A stretch of DNA of 64,000 nucleotides from Calditrichia bacterium (GCA_050633245.1 JBOEGD010000027.1:134624-198623), one strand, 5' to 3'; shown: positions 1 to 9,021, counted from the first letter of the stretch. Notes: generated from the sequence alone by a model not told the origin. A program made the numbers and translations.

Positions 1-909
1 ATAGAAGTGCGAAAACTGATAGTCGGCCAGGAGAAGATGGTTCAGTTGATGATTGCCGCGATTCTCGCAGATGGGCATATCCTTCTCGAAGGCGTTCCCG
101 GTGTAGCCAAAACGCTTGCGGCAAAGCTGCTGGCGCGCACGTTTAAGGCAAACTTTTCGCGTATTCAATTTACACCCGATCTGATGCCTTCGGATGTGGT
201 CGGTACTTCGATTTTTAATGCAAAGGCAGGGAACTTCGAATTTCGCCAGGGCCCCGTTTTTTCCAATCTGGTGTTAATCGACGAAATAAACCGCGCACCA
301 GCAAAAACTCAGTCTGCACTATTCGAAGTAATGGAAGAACGCCAAGTTACTGTAGATGGCACGACTTATCAAATGGAAGAGCCCTTTATGGTAATTGCGA
401 CGCAAAACCCGATTGAACAAGAAGGCACCTACCAGCTTCCCGAAGCCCAGCTCGACCGCTTTCTATTTAAGATCGATGTTGGCTACCCCACACTGGAAGA
501 AGAAAAACTTATTCTGGCAGAATTTCATGCGCGCAAAAACCGCAACGACCTGAGCGTGGTAAAGCAGATTCTGGATCAAAAAAAGATTGCCGCATACAGA
601 CAGACCGTCAGCATGATTCATATTGGAGACGAGCTGCTGGATTATATTGCACGCATTACCGATCTTTCACGTAACCACAGCTCGTTGTTTCTTGGTGGCT
701 CACCGCGAGCATCTCTGGCTATTATGACAAGCGCGAAAGCCTTTGCTGCTCTATCGGGCAGAGATTTTGTAACACCCGATGACATCAAAAACGTGGTTAC
801 GCCGGTTTTAAGACATCGCATCCAGCTCACGCCGGAGCGAGAAATGGAAGGCATGACCACTGACGGCGCCATTAGCCAAATCATCGAAACGGTAGAGGTG
901 CCGCGCTAA
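1..909 (+). CDS. moxR: MoxR family AAA+ ATPase (probably 5'-truncated by window edge)
   Basis: HILLEGVPGVAKT Walker A, RIQFTPDLMPSD, LIDEINRAPAKTQSALFE, ATQNPIEQEGTY.LPEAQLDRF; frame open from base 1. Confidence 0.95.
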   Translation: MEVRKLIVGQEKMVQLMIAAILADGHILLEGVPGVAKTLAAKLLARTFKANFSRIQFTPDLMPSDVVGTSIFNAKAGNFEFRQGPVFSNLVLIDEINRAPAKTQSALFEVMEERQVTVDGTTYQMEEPFMVIATQNPIEQEGTYQLPEAQLDRFLFKIDVGYPTLEEEKLILAEFHARKNRNDLSVVKQILDQKKIAAYRQTVSMIHIGDELLDYIARITDLSRNHSSLFLGGSPRASLAIMTSAKAFAALSGRDFVTPDDIKNVVTPVLRHRIQLTPEREMEGMTTDGAISQIIETVEVPR

Positions 910-925
910 GGCGCAGCAGAGAACC

Positions 926-2248
926 ATGCGTAATTTGTCTTTCACCAGTCAGTTTTACCTCTTATGTGGCCTGCTTGTCAGCGGGTTTACACTGGGCTTC
1001 GTATGGCCGGTCTTTTTTAACCTATGCAAACTGGCACTGTATATTTTTGGCGGATTTATTATTCTTGATGCACTCCTACTCTTCCTTTTAGACGGTGGTG
1101 TTCGCGCTGAAAGAACATGCCCGGAGCGCTTATCGAATGGTGATGCCAACGAAATAAAGATGTCTATTTACAATGACTTTAAGTTTCGCAGCACAATTCG
1201 CATTATTGATGAAGTTCCGGTTCAGCTCCAAATTCGAAATTTCCTAAGAAACACGGTTATAGAAGCGGAATCCAACCAAAGCTTTAGCTATACTTTACGT
1301 CCCGTGGAACGCGGTGAATATCATTTCGGAGACATTATTTGTCTTGCAGAGAGTCCGTTAAAACTCCTGCGAAGACGTTTTGCAGCGCCTGCGGCTCAGA
1401 TGGTGCCGGTATATCCCTCGTTCATTCAGATGCGACGCTATGAAATGATGGCAATATCCAATCGCCTCAGCGAGGTTGGCATCAAACGCATTCGCCGTCT
1501 TGGTCATACCATGGAATTCGATCAGATTCGCGAATATGTGCCGGGAGACGACATACGCACTATCAACTGGCAGGCAACTGCCCGCAAAACCAGTCTGATG
1601 GTCAACAGCTATGAAGATGAGCGTTCACAGCATATTTACAGCGTTATCAATATGGGCCGCGTTATGCAGATGCCCTTCGATGGTCTCAGCCTGCTGGATT
1701 ATGCAATAAATGCCAGTCTAGTTATTTCCAATATCGCTATGCGCAAGCAGGATAAAGCGGGCGTCATTACCTTTTCCAACAGGGTAATCGACTTTCTAAA
1801 GGCACAGCGGCAGCCGGCGCATATGGCGCGAATATTAGAACTTCTTTATCGCCAGGAAACCCAATTCAAAGAATCTGATTATGAGGCCCTCTTCCTCAGT
1901 ATGCTAAAGCGGCTTACTCAGAGGAGCTTGATTTTACTATTCAGCAACTTCGAAACGCTCTCCGGCTTACGCAGACAGCTGGCATCGATGCAGCGCCTGG
2001 CTCGACACCATGTTTTGGTGGTGGTCTTTTTCGAGAACATTGAGATGACAAACTTGCTACGGCAGAACGCATCTTCAACAGAAGATATTTATCTTCACAC
2101 TATCGCGCGTCAATTCTCCTTCGAAAAGAGGCAGATTGTGAAGGAACTACAGCGTTATGGCATTCACAGCATACTAACTGCACCGGAGAACCTAACGGTT
2201 AATGCCCTAAACAAGTATCTGTATCTCAAAGCGCGCGGCATAATTTAA
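926..2248 (+). CDS. DUF58 / vWA-domain protein (MoxR partner)
   Basis: EFDQIREYVPGDDIRTINWQATAR motif, two N-terminal TM helices, directly after moxR. Confidence 0.9.
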   Translation: MRNLSFTSQFYLLCGLLVSGFTLGFVWPVFFNLCKLALYIFGGFIILDALLLFLLDGGVRAERTCPERLSNGDANEIKMSIYNDFKFRSTIRIIDEVPVQLQIRNFLRNTVIEAESNQSFSYTLRPVERGEYHFGDIICLAESPLKLLRRRFAAPAAQMVPVYPSFIQMRRYEMMAISNRLSEVGIKRIRRLGHTMEFDQIREYVPGDDIRTINWQATARKTSLMVNSYEDERSQHIYSVINMGRVMQMPFDGLSLLDYAINASLVISNIAMRKQDKAGVITFSNRVIDFLKAQRQPAHMARILELLYRQETQFKESDYEALFLSMLKRLTQRSLILLFSNFETLSGLRRQLASMQRLARHHVLVVVFFENIEMTNLLRQNASSTEDIYLHTIARQFSFEKRQIVKELQRYGIHSILTAPENLTVNALNKYLYLKARGII

Positions 2249-2259
2249 CGGGAAGAGTA

Positions 2260-2997
2260 ATGGAAACCATTCATATCCAAACCAGCCAGAACGTAACGAT
2301 TACTTTCGAGCTTGCGGGAATTGGTGATCGCATTGCAGCAAGCCTTATAGATCTGGCTATCATTATTGGCTATGTTCTATTCGCTTCCACCATTGTTGGT
2401 GGAGTAGGCCTTGGCAGCTGGGGAATTTGGACACTTATTATGCTGCCGATATTTTTTTATGATTTGGTACTTGAAATCGCAATGGAAGGGCAAACGATTG
2501 GCAAGCGGGCACGTCGCATCCGCGTGGCCAATGTGGATGGTTCTGCACCGACATTTACCGCCTATCTATTGCGCTGGATTATTCGCCCGGTTGAAGTGGT
2601 TATGGCACTGGGTGTCGTTGCGATGACAACCATCCTGCTGAATAATCGCGGACAGCGCCTCGGAGACATTGCTGCAAACACGACTGTCATAAAAGTTGGA
2701 AAACGGCTAAGCCTGGAAGACACGCTTTATACAAATATTGAAGAAAACTACGTTCCTGTTTACCGACAGGCTGCTGACTTGGAAGCAAAAGAAGTTGAAA
2801 TGATAAAGGACGTTCTCAGAGCAAGACTTTACGCAAGCGATCGTAAGACCTTCGACAAAATTGCCCGAAAAGCTCGGCTTGCCATCGAAGCCAGGCTTAA
2901 AATAATACATACTGAGTCAACTACAACACAACTTGATGTTCCCTTTTTGGAAGCGATATTAAAAGACTATAATGCGATTACCAGTGGTTTAGTGTAA
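2260..2997 (+). CDS. RDD family membrane protein
   Basis: LAGIGDRIAASLID, GQTIGKR..RIRV, QRLGDIAANT RDD motifs. Confidence 0.9.
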   Translation: METIHIQTSQNVTITFELAGIGDRIAASLIDLAIIIGYVLFASTIVGGVGLGSWGIWTLIMLPIFFYDLVLEIAMEGQTIGKRARRIRVANVDGSAPTFTAYLLRWIIRPVEVVMALGVVAMTTILLNNRGQRLGDIAANTTVIKVGKRLSLEDTLYTNIEENYVPVYRQAADLEAKEVEMIKDVLRARLYASDRKTFDKIARKARLAIEARLKIIHTESTTTQLDVPFLEAILKDYNAITSGLV

Positions 2998-3192
2998 AGC
3001 CTCTTGGCTTTCAGCCTGATTAAAAGACAAAAGTTTAATTTTCATCAGGCAACTCAGTTTTAAATTCGCTATACTATATGCCTTTCAGGTGGTTTTCCAA
3101 GCTGAAACTAATCACCAAAAATGGAGTTTAGTTATGTGTAAAAGAATCAGGACAGCTAACAGAGTAGCTGAAACACTCAGTCGAAAGCAGTT

Positions 3193-3864
3193 ATGAAAAA
3201 GAACAGTATTTTATTCTTGCTCACTCCCCTTCTCTTTATATTCTCGCTGGGATTCGGGCAGGAAATTCAGTCTGATTCCACTGTCGTGGAACGTCCAAAA
3301 TTCTCCATGACACCTACATGAGTAGGCTGACCCGGCGAGGGTGCGCCGCTCCGTGGGAGCGGGATTCATACAAAGTGGAGATTTTCAGGACGTTATGTGG
3401 ATACCGAACTGGATCGTCCGCAATGGCGTTTTACGGCAAACTATCGTTTGCATAATCGGGTTCAGGTTGGCATTGAAATCAACCCGAAGGCAGAAGAAAT
3501 CGGTCCTCTGCTTACACTGTTTTTACTTACGGAAACGGAAAAACGCCCGGCAGTATTTTTCGGCACGAGTTCAGATCGAATAGGATCACCGGCTGGTGAG
3601 CAGTCATACTTTGCGACGGTTAGTAAATATGTACCCTTACTGCATTCTTCCTTATATGGAAGCTTAAATTACTCCGAGTGGGATGAGCAGTTTAACGTGC
3701 CATTTGGACTAACAGTAGAGCTTGGCAAGGGATTTTCATTTCGTCCCATGTACGACGGTAATCGAAGCCATCTCATGCTAAACTATTTCACCACACAATA
3801 TGGCATCAGCGCCATGTATGTCTGGCTCGACACATTGGGTATTTCAGTATCAGTTGGACTATAA
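3193..3864 (+). CDS. Putative exported UxxU selenoprotein (223 aa; Sec43, Sec46) with C-terminal beta-rich, outer-membrane-like domain
   Basis: ATG 3193 gives MKKNSILFLLTPLLFIFSLGFG-QE signal peptide; in-frame TGA at 3319-3321 and 3328-3330 (PT*VG*PG); same frame continues into ORF 3397..3864; hairpin just downstream. Confidence 0.75.
3331..3367 (+). promoter_or_regulatory. Candidate bacterial SECIS element
   Basis: Perfect 7-bp stem CCGCTCC (3346-3352)/GGAGCGG (3356-3362) with GTG loop; loop starts 22 nt after the second TGA and 31 nt after the first; possible lower GGGT/ATTC pairing. Confidence 0.6.
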
Positions 3865-3877
3865 TTTGGAGAACGTT

Positions 3878-4561
3878 TTGCGAATATCTTATCTGTTTTT
3901 TATGCTCATTTTAGTCTCTTCTATGGCTCTTTTCTCTCAAGAGACATCACACCCTGAAAAAGCGATGTGCAGCGTATGTGTTTTAAAAGGAGAAAGCGAG
4001 GCTGAAAAGGTCAAGGCTCATTCCAATCACAATGGAACAATGTATTATTTCTGTTCAAAAAATTGCAAGAAAGAATTTGATGCCGCACCAGAAGCCTATC
4101 TGCCACCCAAGCTCCCCCGCCCTGCCCCCGACTTTGCCATCGAAACACTCGACGGCGCAACTGTTTCTCTGAAGGACTTTAAAAACAAACTCGTTCTTCT
4201 GGATTTCTGGGCTACATGGTGCAAACCCTGCCTTGAAATCATGCCTGAATTACAGCAGCTGCAGGATACCTACTCAGACAAGGGATTTTCTGTTGCGGGC
4301 ATATCTATTGATGAGGATAAAGATTCTATCAAAAAAATTAAGAAGTTCATCAAGAAGCTGAAGGTCTCTTATCCAATCTTTTACGATGCCAAGCAAAAAC
4401 CGGCATGGAACATGTTCAACGTTAAGGCCATTCCTGCGCTCTTCCTAATAAACGGAAATGGACAGGTTGTTGCACAGTGGACTGGCAAAGTTGATCACAA
4501 GATCATCGAAGCCAAGGTTGTTGAACAATTAGCTGTAAGTGAAGCTACCGGTTCTAATTAA
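3878..4561 (+). CDS. Exported YHS-domain + TlpA/ResA-like thioredoxin
   Basis: GGAGA RBS then TTG 3878; signal peptide; CSVC...YYFCSKNCKKEF...PEAY (YHS); APDF, LDFWATWCKPC, cis-Pro AIP. Confidence 0.9.
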   Translation: MRISYLFFMLILVSSMALFSQETSHPEKAMCSVCVLKGESEAEKVKAHSNHNGTMYYFCSKNCKKEFDAAPEAYLPPKLPRPAPDFAIETLDGATVSLKDFKNKLVLLDFWATWCKPCLEIMPELQQLQDTYSDKGFSVAGISIDEDKDSIKKIKKFIKKLKVSYPIFYDAKQKPAWNMFNVKAIPALFLINGNGQVVAQWTGKVDHKIIEAKVVEQLAVSEATGSN

Positions 4562-4593
4562 ATCACACAGACTATTTTCTTAGTATTACCAGC

Positions 4594-4620
4594 AAGAGCC
4601 TTAATATCAGGGCTCTTTTT
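4594..4620 (+). terminator. Rho-independent terminator
   Basis: AAGAGCCTT-aatatc-AGGGCTCTT ending in a T run. Confidence 0.75.
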
Positions 4621-4688
4621 AGCAAGGTATCGTCACACCAAAAGTTAAACTTCTTTACTTTATGCTTCAGACTTAGAAAGATTCATTT

Positions 4689-5402
4689 ATGAATTTGTTT
4701 AGAAAAACCTGCGCCGAATTTATTGGCACTTTTGCTATTGTGTTTGGTGGTTGCGGCGCCATTGCTGTCGATCAAATTAGCGGTGGGGTTATTGGTCATC
4801 TTGGAATAGCAACGACCTTTGGGCTTATTGTGATGACGATGGTTTACGCTACCGGTCATATATCCGGCGCGCATCTCAACCCGGCCGTAACACTGGCTTT
4901 TTCAGCCACCCGACATTTTCCAACCAGAGAGATAGCGCCCTACATTTTTGCTCAATTGCTGGGAGCTGCTGTGGGAAGCGCTCTTCACGCCTATAGTTTA
5001 CAGGGAATACTGGAACTCAGCTCGCCCGGCATGGCCTTGAGTTTTGGCACAACAACCCCCATTGATGGGGTCTTCGCCACTGCTTTCATCTGGGAGTTCG
5101 TGCTCACCTTTTTTCTGATGTTTGTTATTATGGCTGTGGCAACCGATTCCCGCGCAGTCGGTAAAGCAGCTGGCCTGGCAATTGGATCTACGGTATGGTT
5201 CTGCGCCTTATTTGGGGGCCCCATTTCCGGTGCATCGATGAATCCGGCGCGTAGTTTTGGTCCGGCGCTTTTGGCTGGCGACTGGGCAAACTTTGGCGCT
5301 TATCTCGCAGGTCCGATTCTGGGTGCCCTTGCGGCAGCCTTTATCTACATGTACTTAGCATTTGATGCTGAAAAACAGACTACAGAATCACCCAATGTGT
5401 AA
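4689..5402 (+). CDS. MIP family channel (aquaporin Z/NIP-like)
   Basis: AEFIGTF, SGAHLNPAVT and SGASMNPARSFGP (two NPA motifs), six TM helices. Confidence 0.95.
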   Translation: MNLFRKTCAEFIGTFAIVFGGCGAIAVDQISGGVIGHLGIATTFGLIVMTMVYATGHISGAHLNPAVTLAFSATRHFPTREIAPYIFAQLLGAAVGSALHAYSLQGILELSSPGMALSFGTTTPIDGVFATAFIWEFVLTFFLMFVIMAVATDSRAVGKAAGLAIGSTVWFCALFGGPISGASMNPARSFGPALLAGDWANFGAYLAGPILGALAAAFIYMYLAFDAEKQTTESPNV

Positions 5403-5418
5403 CCATTTGCATAGAAAG

Positions 5419-5444
5419 ACAAAGCCCGTTTGCACGGGCTTTGT
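5419..5444. terminator. Hairpin between convergent genes, probable bidirectional terminator
   Basis: ACAAAGCCCGT-ttgc-ACGGGCTTTGT. Confidence 0.75.
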
Positions 5445-5498
5445 GCAATTCCAGAGAACCTGACATTTTCACGGATATACGGATGGACGGATACGTGC

Positions 5499-6677
5499 TT
5501 AGTATAGTCTCGCCGCCCGTCTTTTTGGCTCAAACTCTGTAGCTTCTGCCTGCCAGCGCTGCTCCATCTCAGCCAGATCCGCTCCTTTATCAATGGCTTG
5601 ACGCAACCAGTCGTTTCCAACCAGAATATCAAACGGCATCAGTTCATATTCATATTCGTATGGCGGGTCGTTCCACTGAAACTTATTTGGATACAATCTC
5701 CGCACCTCTTTCAATAAGGCAATTGTGGTCAGAAACGGCTTAAAGGTTTTGCGATCGGTTACGTGTAAAAAATAGCCTTCACAAATCTGTTCGGCATGCT
5801 TGTGGAAAGTCGGTTGAAACTGAAGTGGTCGTAGTGCCATGCCCGGTAAATTATGTTTAGCAAGCGCTTCACTCAGCTCTTGCGTATTGAACCAGGGTGC
5901 ACCGAAGGTTTCGAATGGTCGCGTCGTGCCACGTCCCTCAGATAAGTTGGTTGCTTCCAAAAGGCATTTGCCCGGGTATACGACAGTTCCTTCGATTGTA
6001 GGTAGATTTGGAGACGGCATTGCCCACGGCAAACCGGTGTCTTCAAAATACATGTTCCGATCGTAGTTCTGCATCTCGATGACTCGCAAGTTACAGCGGT
6101 AAACATGTTCATTCTTCAAATACAACGCTACCTCGCCAATGGTCAGGCCATGACGAATTGTCATGGGATATAAACCAACGAAACTACGAAAGTCCTTATT
6201 TTTGGCCGGCCCTTCCACCTGCCCACCAATTGGATTCGGTCTATCCAGCACCACGACTTCTATATCGGTATCATTAGCCACTTCCATACAGTGCGCCAGT
6301 GTCCAGATAAACGTATAATATTTTGCTCCTACATCCTGCATGTCCACAACGATCGTATCAACACCAGTAAGCATTTCGGCGGTCGGCTTTCTATGTTGTC
6401 CATAAAGCGAATAAATGGGCACTCCATCGCTCTCGCCGCCACCTTCCCATTCAATCATATTATCCTGGGTATGTCCCCACAACCCGTGCTGTGGTCCAAC
6501 CAATGCCTTTAAATGCAGTACGCCACCTTCCTGGGCCTGATAAAAGTAATCTATCGCATGCTTGTGGTCGGATGCGATTGAAGCCTGATTACAAACCAGC
6601 ATGACATTCCTGCCTTTGAGAGATTGAAACGATTCAGCAATTAAGCAATCCAATCCACTTGCTACGCGAGTATTCAT
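5499..6677 (-). CDS. namZ: Exo-beta-N-acetylmuramidase NamZ family (DUF1343)
   Basis: PQHGL.G, YSLYG, DMQDVGAKYYTF, VLDRPNPIGG, RHGLTIGE, SPNLPT, SEGRGTTRPFE. Confidence 0.9.
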   Translation of the reverse strand: MNTRVASGLDCLIAESFQSLKGRNVMLVCNQASIASDHKHAIDYFYQAQEGGVLHLKALVGPQHGLWGHTQDNMIEWEGGGESDGVPIYSLYGQHRKPTAEMLTGVDTIVVDMQDVGAKYYTFIWTLAHCMEVANDTDIEVVVLDRPNPIGGQVEGPAKNKDFRSFVGLYPMTIRHGLTIGEVALYLKNEHVYRCNLRVIEMQNYDRNMYFEDTGLPWAMPSPNLPTIEGTVVYPGKCLLEATNLSEGRGTTRPFETFGAPWFNTQELSEALAKHNLPGMALRPLQFQPTFHKHAEQICEGYFLHVTDRKTFKPFLTTIALLKEVRRLYPNKFQWNDPPYEYEYELMPFDILVGNDWLRQAIDKGADLAEMEQRWQAEATEFEPKRRAARLY

Positions 6678-6716
6678 AGTTTCTCCCTAAAAAACGAGTC
6701 TGACAAAAGTGAATAG

Positions 6717-6768
6717 TGACCTTTGACCTTTGACCTTTGACCTTTGACCTTTGACCTTTGACCTTTGA
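6717..6768. repeat. Heptamer tandem repeat (TGACCTT)x7
   Basis: Seven perfect copies in the divergent namZ/SDR intergenic region. Confidence 0.95.
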
Positions 6769-6827
6769 ACAAGTTACCCAAAATCAAAGCTGTTTTCAAA
6801 CCCCAAAAAAGCAATAACAGATACTAT

Positions 6828-6857
6828 TTGTCAGCTTGCCACCTCTCGTGTTATATT
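6828..6857 (+). promoter_or_regulatory. Candidate sigma70 promoter for SDR gene
   Basis: TTGTCA-18 bp-TATATT with TGn extended -10. Confidence 0.4.
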
Positions 6858-6899
6858 CAGTCCCTTTACTGAAATAAAACCAAACAGGAGATCTGAATA

Positions 6900-7661
6900 A
6901 TGGTTACATCCTCCAAGCGCACGGCAATTATTACTGGTGCAACCAGTGGTATCGGACTGGAAACTGCACGCCTTTTTTCTCAGACGGGTTATCAACTTGC
7001 CATTACAGGAAGAAACGAAACACGACTGGAAAATCTGGCGCGGGAAATCGGCAATAACGTCCTTGCGCTGGCAGGTGATATCGGTAATATATCCTTTCGT
7101 AGAGAGCTTGTAGAAAAAACAATCGATCGATTTGGCAGCCTTGATGTGTTAGTGAATTCTGCAGGTATTATTCAATCAGACACCGTGGAGAATGTTAAGC
7201 TGGAGTCTTATGAGAACATGATGAATGTGAACGTCACGGCACTTATTGATCTTATTCAGCAGTCCGTCCCCCATCTTGAAAAAACCAAAGGCAATATTCT
7301 GAACGTTTCGTCGGTGGCAGGAACCCGCTGCTTCCCCGGAATTATGTCTTATTGTGTCAGCAAAGCAGCCGTCGATCAGCTTACTCGCTGTGCCGCAATG
7401 GAATTAGCTCCAAAAAAGATACGAGTAAACGCCGTAAACCCAGGCGTTGTCGAAACTATGCTTCATCGCAACAGCGGAATGGACGATAACCGATATGCAG
7501 AGTTTCTTGAACACAGCAAGGCAACGCATCCCATTGGCAGAGCTGGTCAGGCAAATGAGGTTGCCGATCTCATCGCATTTTTATGTTCAGAAAATGCCGG
7601 TTGGATTACCGGTGGCACATATGCGATTGATGGTGGAAGAGCTTTAACCTGCGCACGCTAG
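6900..7661 (+). CDS. SDR family oxidoreductase
   Basis: TGATSGIG, VNSAG, YCVSKAA, IRVNAVNPG, IDGG. Confidence 0.95.
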   Translation: MVTSSKRTAIITGATSGIGLETARLFSQTGYQLAITGRNETRLENLAREIGNNVLALAGDIGNISFRRELVEKTIDRFGSLDVLVNSAGIIQSDTVENVKLESYENMMNVNVTALIDLIQQSVPHLEKTKGNILNVSSVAGTRCFPGIMSYCVSKAAVDQLTRCAAMELAPKKIRVNAVNPGVVETMLHRNSGMDDNRYAEFLEHSKATHPIGRAGQANEVADLIAFLCSENAGWITGGTYAIDGGRALTCAR

Positions 7662-7744
7662 AGATGGTGCTATTTTGATATTCGTATTGTAGATCACCTG
7701 AAAAGGCAAAACGTCGGTTTATATTATCGTAAGGTTAATCCCGC

Positions 7745-8356
7745 ATGAAATACATAGTGTTCGATCTTGGCAGAGTTCTGGTAACTATACGTCCGGAAAA
7801 AGTATCCAAAAAATTAGCGGATTTAGCAGGACTATCTACCGAAGAAGTTACTCCATTTTTGCATGGAGAGGCTCATTTAGAGCTGATGAGTGGCAAAATC
7901 GACTTTGCTGAATTTCATCGCAAATTTAATGAGAGTTATTTTTCTTCAATTAATTTCCAAAATTTTAGTAAAATTTGGGAAGATATGATAGGAGAAGCAA
8001 ATACAGGAATTGAAAAGCTGCTCGATAGTCTTGAACCAGATTATGAACTCATTATTTGTTCTAATACAGACGAGTTACACTGGAAGAAGAGTTTGCAAAC
8101 ATGCGATTTTATTGAAAAGCGCTTTAGTCGGTTTTTTCTTTCATATAAGTTGGGACTGATTAAACCAGATAGAAAAATTTTTCAGCACATAATAACAGAA
8201 CTGGAAACAACTTCCGAAAAGATCGTATTTATAGATGACACGCTGGAAAATGTCCAGGCTGCCCGGTCCTGCGGAATTCGTAGTATACATGCAGATAAGG
8301 TAGAAAATATGAGAGAAGCATTAGAACAAGAATTTGTGCTGGACTTTAAAGAATAA
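7745..8356 (+). CDS. HAD family phosphatase (YihX-like)
   Basis: FDLGRVL, CSNT, KPD, FIDD motifs. Confidence 0.9.
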   Translation: MKYIVFDLGRVLVTIRPEKVSKKLADLAGLSTEEVTPFLHGEAHLELMSGKIDFAEFHRKFNESYFSSINFQNFSKIWEDMIGEANTGIEKLLDSLEPDYELIICSNTDELHWKKSLQTCDFIEKRFSRFFLSYKLGLIKPDRKIFQHIITELETTSEKIVFIDDTLENVQAARSCGIRSIHADKVENMREALEQEFVLDFKE

Positions 8357-9021
8357 TTAGATTTACTTAAGACCAACGGTAAGGAACAAAAAAACTTACA
8401 TCCAGTTCCAATTCACACTCGTATTTTACGTATCTCACGGCCCCGAATATTTACCTTCTTACTTCCATGTTTATGCAGGTGATTAACTGTATTACTATGT
8501 GCTGAGCAATATTTCAAATGAATTGGCGTTAATCGTTCTGTTAAAAAAATGATTAACAATCAATGAAGATCTACCGATAATTGTGTTAGAGCCTTTCAGG
8601 TTTCCTTAGGAATTACCTCTAAGCCCGAGACACCATCTATTTCTACCTGGAAACATTTTAATGAACATTTCTTGACAGACTGCGTTATAAATGTACTATT
8701 AAAATAACTAATGCAACTGCAAGAATATGAATATTCCATTTATATTGGTGACTTTTTCGGTATATACAAGTCCCAATAGCAGAACACGTCATTCTTGACA
8801 CACTGCGACATAGAACATGCCCTATTGCTAAAGAAAGGAGAAAGTTTGAGTAAAATAGGCTATACCGATAAGTAATCAATACCATAATGCGTTGGAATAA
8901 ATAAGAAACCCAATAACCTACTTGTTCTGAAGGTCGGCATCGTTAGCCAACGAAATGAACACCATTTCCACCTCAATACTTCCAACGAGTAAAAAAACAA
9001 CCTCTTAGGAGATAAATACAT

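Noticed and set aside
3080-3090. GCCTTTCAGGT shared with 8591-8601
   Set aside because: An 11-bp match could be chance in 64 kb, and there is no shared flanking structure
3319-3330. Genome-wide TGA reassignment (code 4/25) or simple pseudogene as the explanation for the in-frame TGAs
   Set aside because: TGA is an ordinary stop elsewhere (17644, 23096, 29538, 35727, all ATGA overlaps). Two nonsense mutations both giving TGA at CxxC spacing, before a hairpin and with no other decay, is unlikely though not formally excluded.
3341-3583. 80-aa ORF, and the GTG-3397 start of the 155-aa ORF
   Set aside because: The first is an off-frame shadow; the second is better explained as the 3' part of the read-through gene from 3193
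3800-3877. N-terminal extension of YHS-TlpA from ATG 3800
   Set aside because: Overlaps the upstream gene; the RBS and signal peptide fit TTG 3878
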